From assembly GCA_977030845.1 (NCBI GenBank), contig OZ365110.1, positions 15,872,001 through 15,936,000 of the forward strand: DNA of 64,000 bases. The letters run 5' to 3'. Source of the DNA: Fimbriosthenelais zetlandica. Taxonomy: Eukaryota. The notes beneath the pieces were generated by a model that did no database searches, was not told the origin of the DNA, and was given only the letters and a program-made list of their open reading frames with translations. The translations under genes were made by a program, and so were the position numbers. Shown here in pieces: positions 60,936-64,000 of this stretch (the stretch's first letter is position 1; each line of letters opens with the position of its first letter).

Positions 60936-63099
60936 CTAAAGAGATTAAAATGTTTGAGATGGGACACTGCAGTGACTGCATTCCTCCCATTCCTTTCTTT
61001 CTCTGAGGACGACGGTATGGGCACATCACATGGTAAAGAATATTATGCTACGACATAAGCCAGTGCATGTAATGAATTAAATTTTCTAGTCGTGATCTTT
61101 GAAATACACAATTAGCATCTTCTTCAGAGTACTTCAGGCACTTAAGGCAAAACTCAAAGATTCAATAATAATAATAATTCTAGTGATAATTTAATTTAAT
61201 TTCCATATCTCCTAATTTCGGAAAATTACAATGATATCTCGAAAGTAACCTGAAATGATCTAGATGATCCCTCTAAAACCAACACGTATGCCTTGTTTTA
61301 GTTTGCCTTCAAGCCTAACATTCGCTGAGTCATTGCCTTGGGGGTATTTTCATGTGATTAGGGGAAATAGAGGTTATTGCGGTTGCACTGACAGGCAGGT
61401 GGGCTATTTTTATGGCGGTTTGTAGATTGCATACAGGATTATCTTGACGGGTAAGGACGACGTTGCGGGGGGTCCTCTGTGTGTACCAAGACAGTACTAT
61501 ACCATACTCGTAGTACTATAACAACATGGTTTACTTAGCTCTCTAGCATTTTTTACTTAAACTCCTCTCCTAATGCATCAAATACACTCTCTCCAGCAAA
61601 TCAAGGGGAAGTGATTTGGTGACCATCTCAAGCCAGCCGACCCTTACTTTACCTTATTCCAAACCTGGAGAGCACCAAAGAGCCCTCTTCTTGGATTGTC
61701 AAACGAACATTTAAATGCAATTAATTCAACATTAGTCTCGGGGGAGGTTTCCAACGGCAAACCCCAATTGCATTACGGTCGGCAACGCTGGCCCATTAAC
61801 CGCAGTAAACGCCAAAAGGTCTGAAATCAAAACAGGAAAATGTGGCGGTTGGCTATAGGGTGGGAGTGGGTTTTTTTAATCTGTACCATCGGTCACTCAA
61901 CCCTCAACCGATATCACCTTAAAAGTGACGTGACCTTGACGATGAAGAATTCATGGCTTGTGTCTCCGTTGAGAGGAGAGAAGCACTGTGGTCGGTGGCT
62001 GCCATTTACACTAGATTACTTCAATACCCTCTGCGAGAGGGTGGGTTGAGTTAATGGATTGATGTTTTAGCATTTCCTCTTTTCCCTCCAAACAAACTGG
62101 AACACTATTTGCTTATCCAAATTGGATAATATTGTACTTTAGACCGTCAGAGATGAAATTCTAATCTGTGTTAGTATGAAAGTTATCGATTTAGAGGACA
62201 AAAATCGAAAGGAAAAATGTCACAAATGGATTTGTAAACAGTTGTTCACAAAGGCTCAGAATGAGGCAGATGATGATGATGGGATGGCCGCCTCGATGAT
62301 AGAAGGGATTAAAATTCTGCATTTGGTGGCAAATAAAATGGAACATGGGGTATAAATGTCCTCCCTAATCAATGCATGCTAATTGCATGTTCTCCCTGCA
62401 TGATCCGTGTCAAAACCATCGAATTGACACGGTCACAAAGTCCTTTTGTTAATGTACATGAGCATAATTGCATAATTACTAGTTCTAATTACTTGACACA
62501 AATAAAAATATTCGTTATGGGCTGAGTGTATTGCGCTATCACAGTTCGGAATTAATTTTTATCGACTTAATTAGACACATTTTATGCTACAGAAGCAGGA
62601 TAGTTTGGAGTTGTTTTTGAACGAGAAAGATGAAGGCTTTTCCACCGGTAATCTTTTCCCATTGGACTACCTCCCACCATCCATTTTCCTTTTTTGACCT
62701 ACTTTCCTCCACTGGATTAAAAGGAAGAGTTTGAAGAAAAAAAACCTCATCTCATCTGCTTGCGCAAACTGTAAAGAGTTGCTAGCAGACAACCAAATGA
62801 GCAGCAACTCAGTAATATATGAATTGCTGCAAATCATATTATGTCCTTATTAGGGAAGAATAATGTCTATTGTCTCCTAATTGCAGGCATGCTATAATGA
62901 TTATTCTGCCTCTAATGGATCTATACATCTTCCCGGACCATAAAACTTCTACAGTCATCCTGGCGCTACCTCTCCCATGGGGGTGGGACAAATGCAAATG
63001 TGTCGCCAAGGAAACATTGGTGTTTTCCTAACCATAAGTTTTCATTGAAGGAGGTAAATGTCCTCTTTTTTGACAGAGGTACCAAGAGCAGCGCCATCG

Positions 63100-63240
63100 T
63101 TCTCACTCCTCGAACCAACTTTGGTGTGCGCGCGCATTGTCTCAAGGGTGATGACGGCCAGGAAGGACGTACAGGATTCATATGTCAACTTCCTGTACAC
63201 GTCACTACCGCCACGGGAGGGGGGGGGACGGGATATGACG
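63100..63240. promoter_or_regulatory. CpG/GC-rich promoter-like segment
   Basis: Local cluster of GCGCGCGC, an ETS-type ACTTCCTG, a CRE/E-box-like CACGTCA and a G-run in otherwise CpG-poor DNA. A minus-strand ACGATGGCG start context lies nearby (~63097). Confidence 0.3.
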
Positions 63241-63800
63241 TATATATACATATGCAGACGTTATGTTAGATGAAATATTTCCAGACGGGACTTCTTAATC
63301 AGATCAGAAGTTGATTAAACGCCTTTCGCTATGGATGTATGCAGCTAAATGAATTAGGGAACAAAACAAGAAGACCTAATGAGCCCGTAGAGACACCTAG
63401 TGGTGCGAGTGGATGATAAAAGGGCCAGTTCCTATGGTGGATGAACAAATACCAACATGGTCATGTGACAGGATGTGTGTACACTACTGTCTATAGTACC
63501 ACTGAGACCTCTTCCTGGGTCGATCTGAGAATGTCGACAATTATGGGCCCATTATACACAATGAGTGGTTACCTCCTGACCTTAAAGGCCCAGACATACC
63601 GGGCGCGACAACAGACAAGCTTGGTCAAGCTTCGCCAAACTGGAATCATACAAATTTCCCTGCTCGGTCAGGCTTGTCGCCTGTCGCTTGTCGCGTCGCG
63701 GTGTGCCTTGGCCTTAATACTGTCCTTATGCCTTTACAGGAAGATCTGTTTCTACAATTCATTTTATTCTTGAAAATAGTAGTTATATTTTCATATGAGG

Positions 63801-64000
63801 GAGGGGAGTTAGCTCAGTTGGTTAGAGCGTCAGTTCACACAGGGTGGTTGACCAATGATCGAAGGGTCGGCGGTTCAATCCCCCGAGCTGTCCAATTCAT
63901 TTCAAATGACTTCCTCCTCAGGGTGTTGGTGTACATATGTTCTAGAGCACATGCACCTAGAAATGTCCATTGTGCAGAAGGCAATGTAGTAATGCACTTA
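63801..64000 (+). mobile_element. tRNA-derived SINE, family B, copy running off the window end
   Basis: Head and body are collinear with the reverse complement of ~56997-57190 (roughly 85-90% identity by eye, with a small indel). Confidence 0.85.

Noticed and set aside
63801-63893. tRNA gene (possibly intron-containing); same for 57098-57190 and the SINE A heads
   Set aside because: The A and B boxes are present, but the acceptor and T stems do not pair properly, and the sequence continues into a shared SINE body and tail.

Overview
AT-rich eukaryotic (animal) genomic DNA, not prokaryotic, so most short ORFs in the supplied track are chance or repeat-derived. An echinoderm-like marine invertebrate is my inference from the repeat types and the TAGGCCTA excess. 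By manual splicing I can reconstruct the 3' parts of two convergent (tail-to-tail) genes for single-pass type I membrane proteins. Gene 1 (+; exons 4054-4110, 8001-8088, 8733-9339) has a TM helix and a ~200-aa cytoplasmic tail with three repeated E-x-I/L-Y-D/G-T tyrosine motifs and a C-terminal class I PDZ ligand. Gene 2 (-; exons 22825-22919, 21335-21848, 21051-21126, 19411-19900, and possibly a signal-peptide exon at 44753-44822) has at least two fibronectin type III domains, a TM helix and a Ser/Pro/Tyr-rich tail. The rest is mostly repeats: two tRNA-derived SINE families, several MITE families with TAA/TTA or TA target duplications, a nested insertion stack at 24.6-27.6 kb that includes a probable Kolobok-type internal-deletion derivative, two large decayed L1/Tx1-type LINE remnants, a 4-copy ~141-153 bp tandem array and a nested foldback element. 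No intact transposase, functional tRNA/rRNA gene or CRISPR array is supported. I did not find a clearly new biological system. The strongest leads are the two unassigned receptors and the young nested insertion. All comparisons were made by eye, with no database searches.
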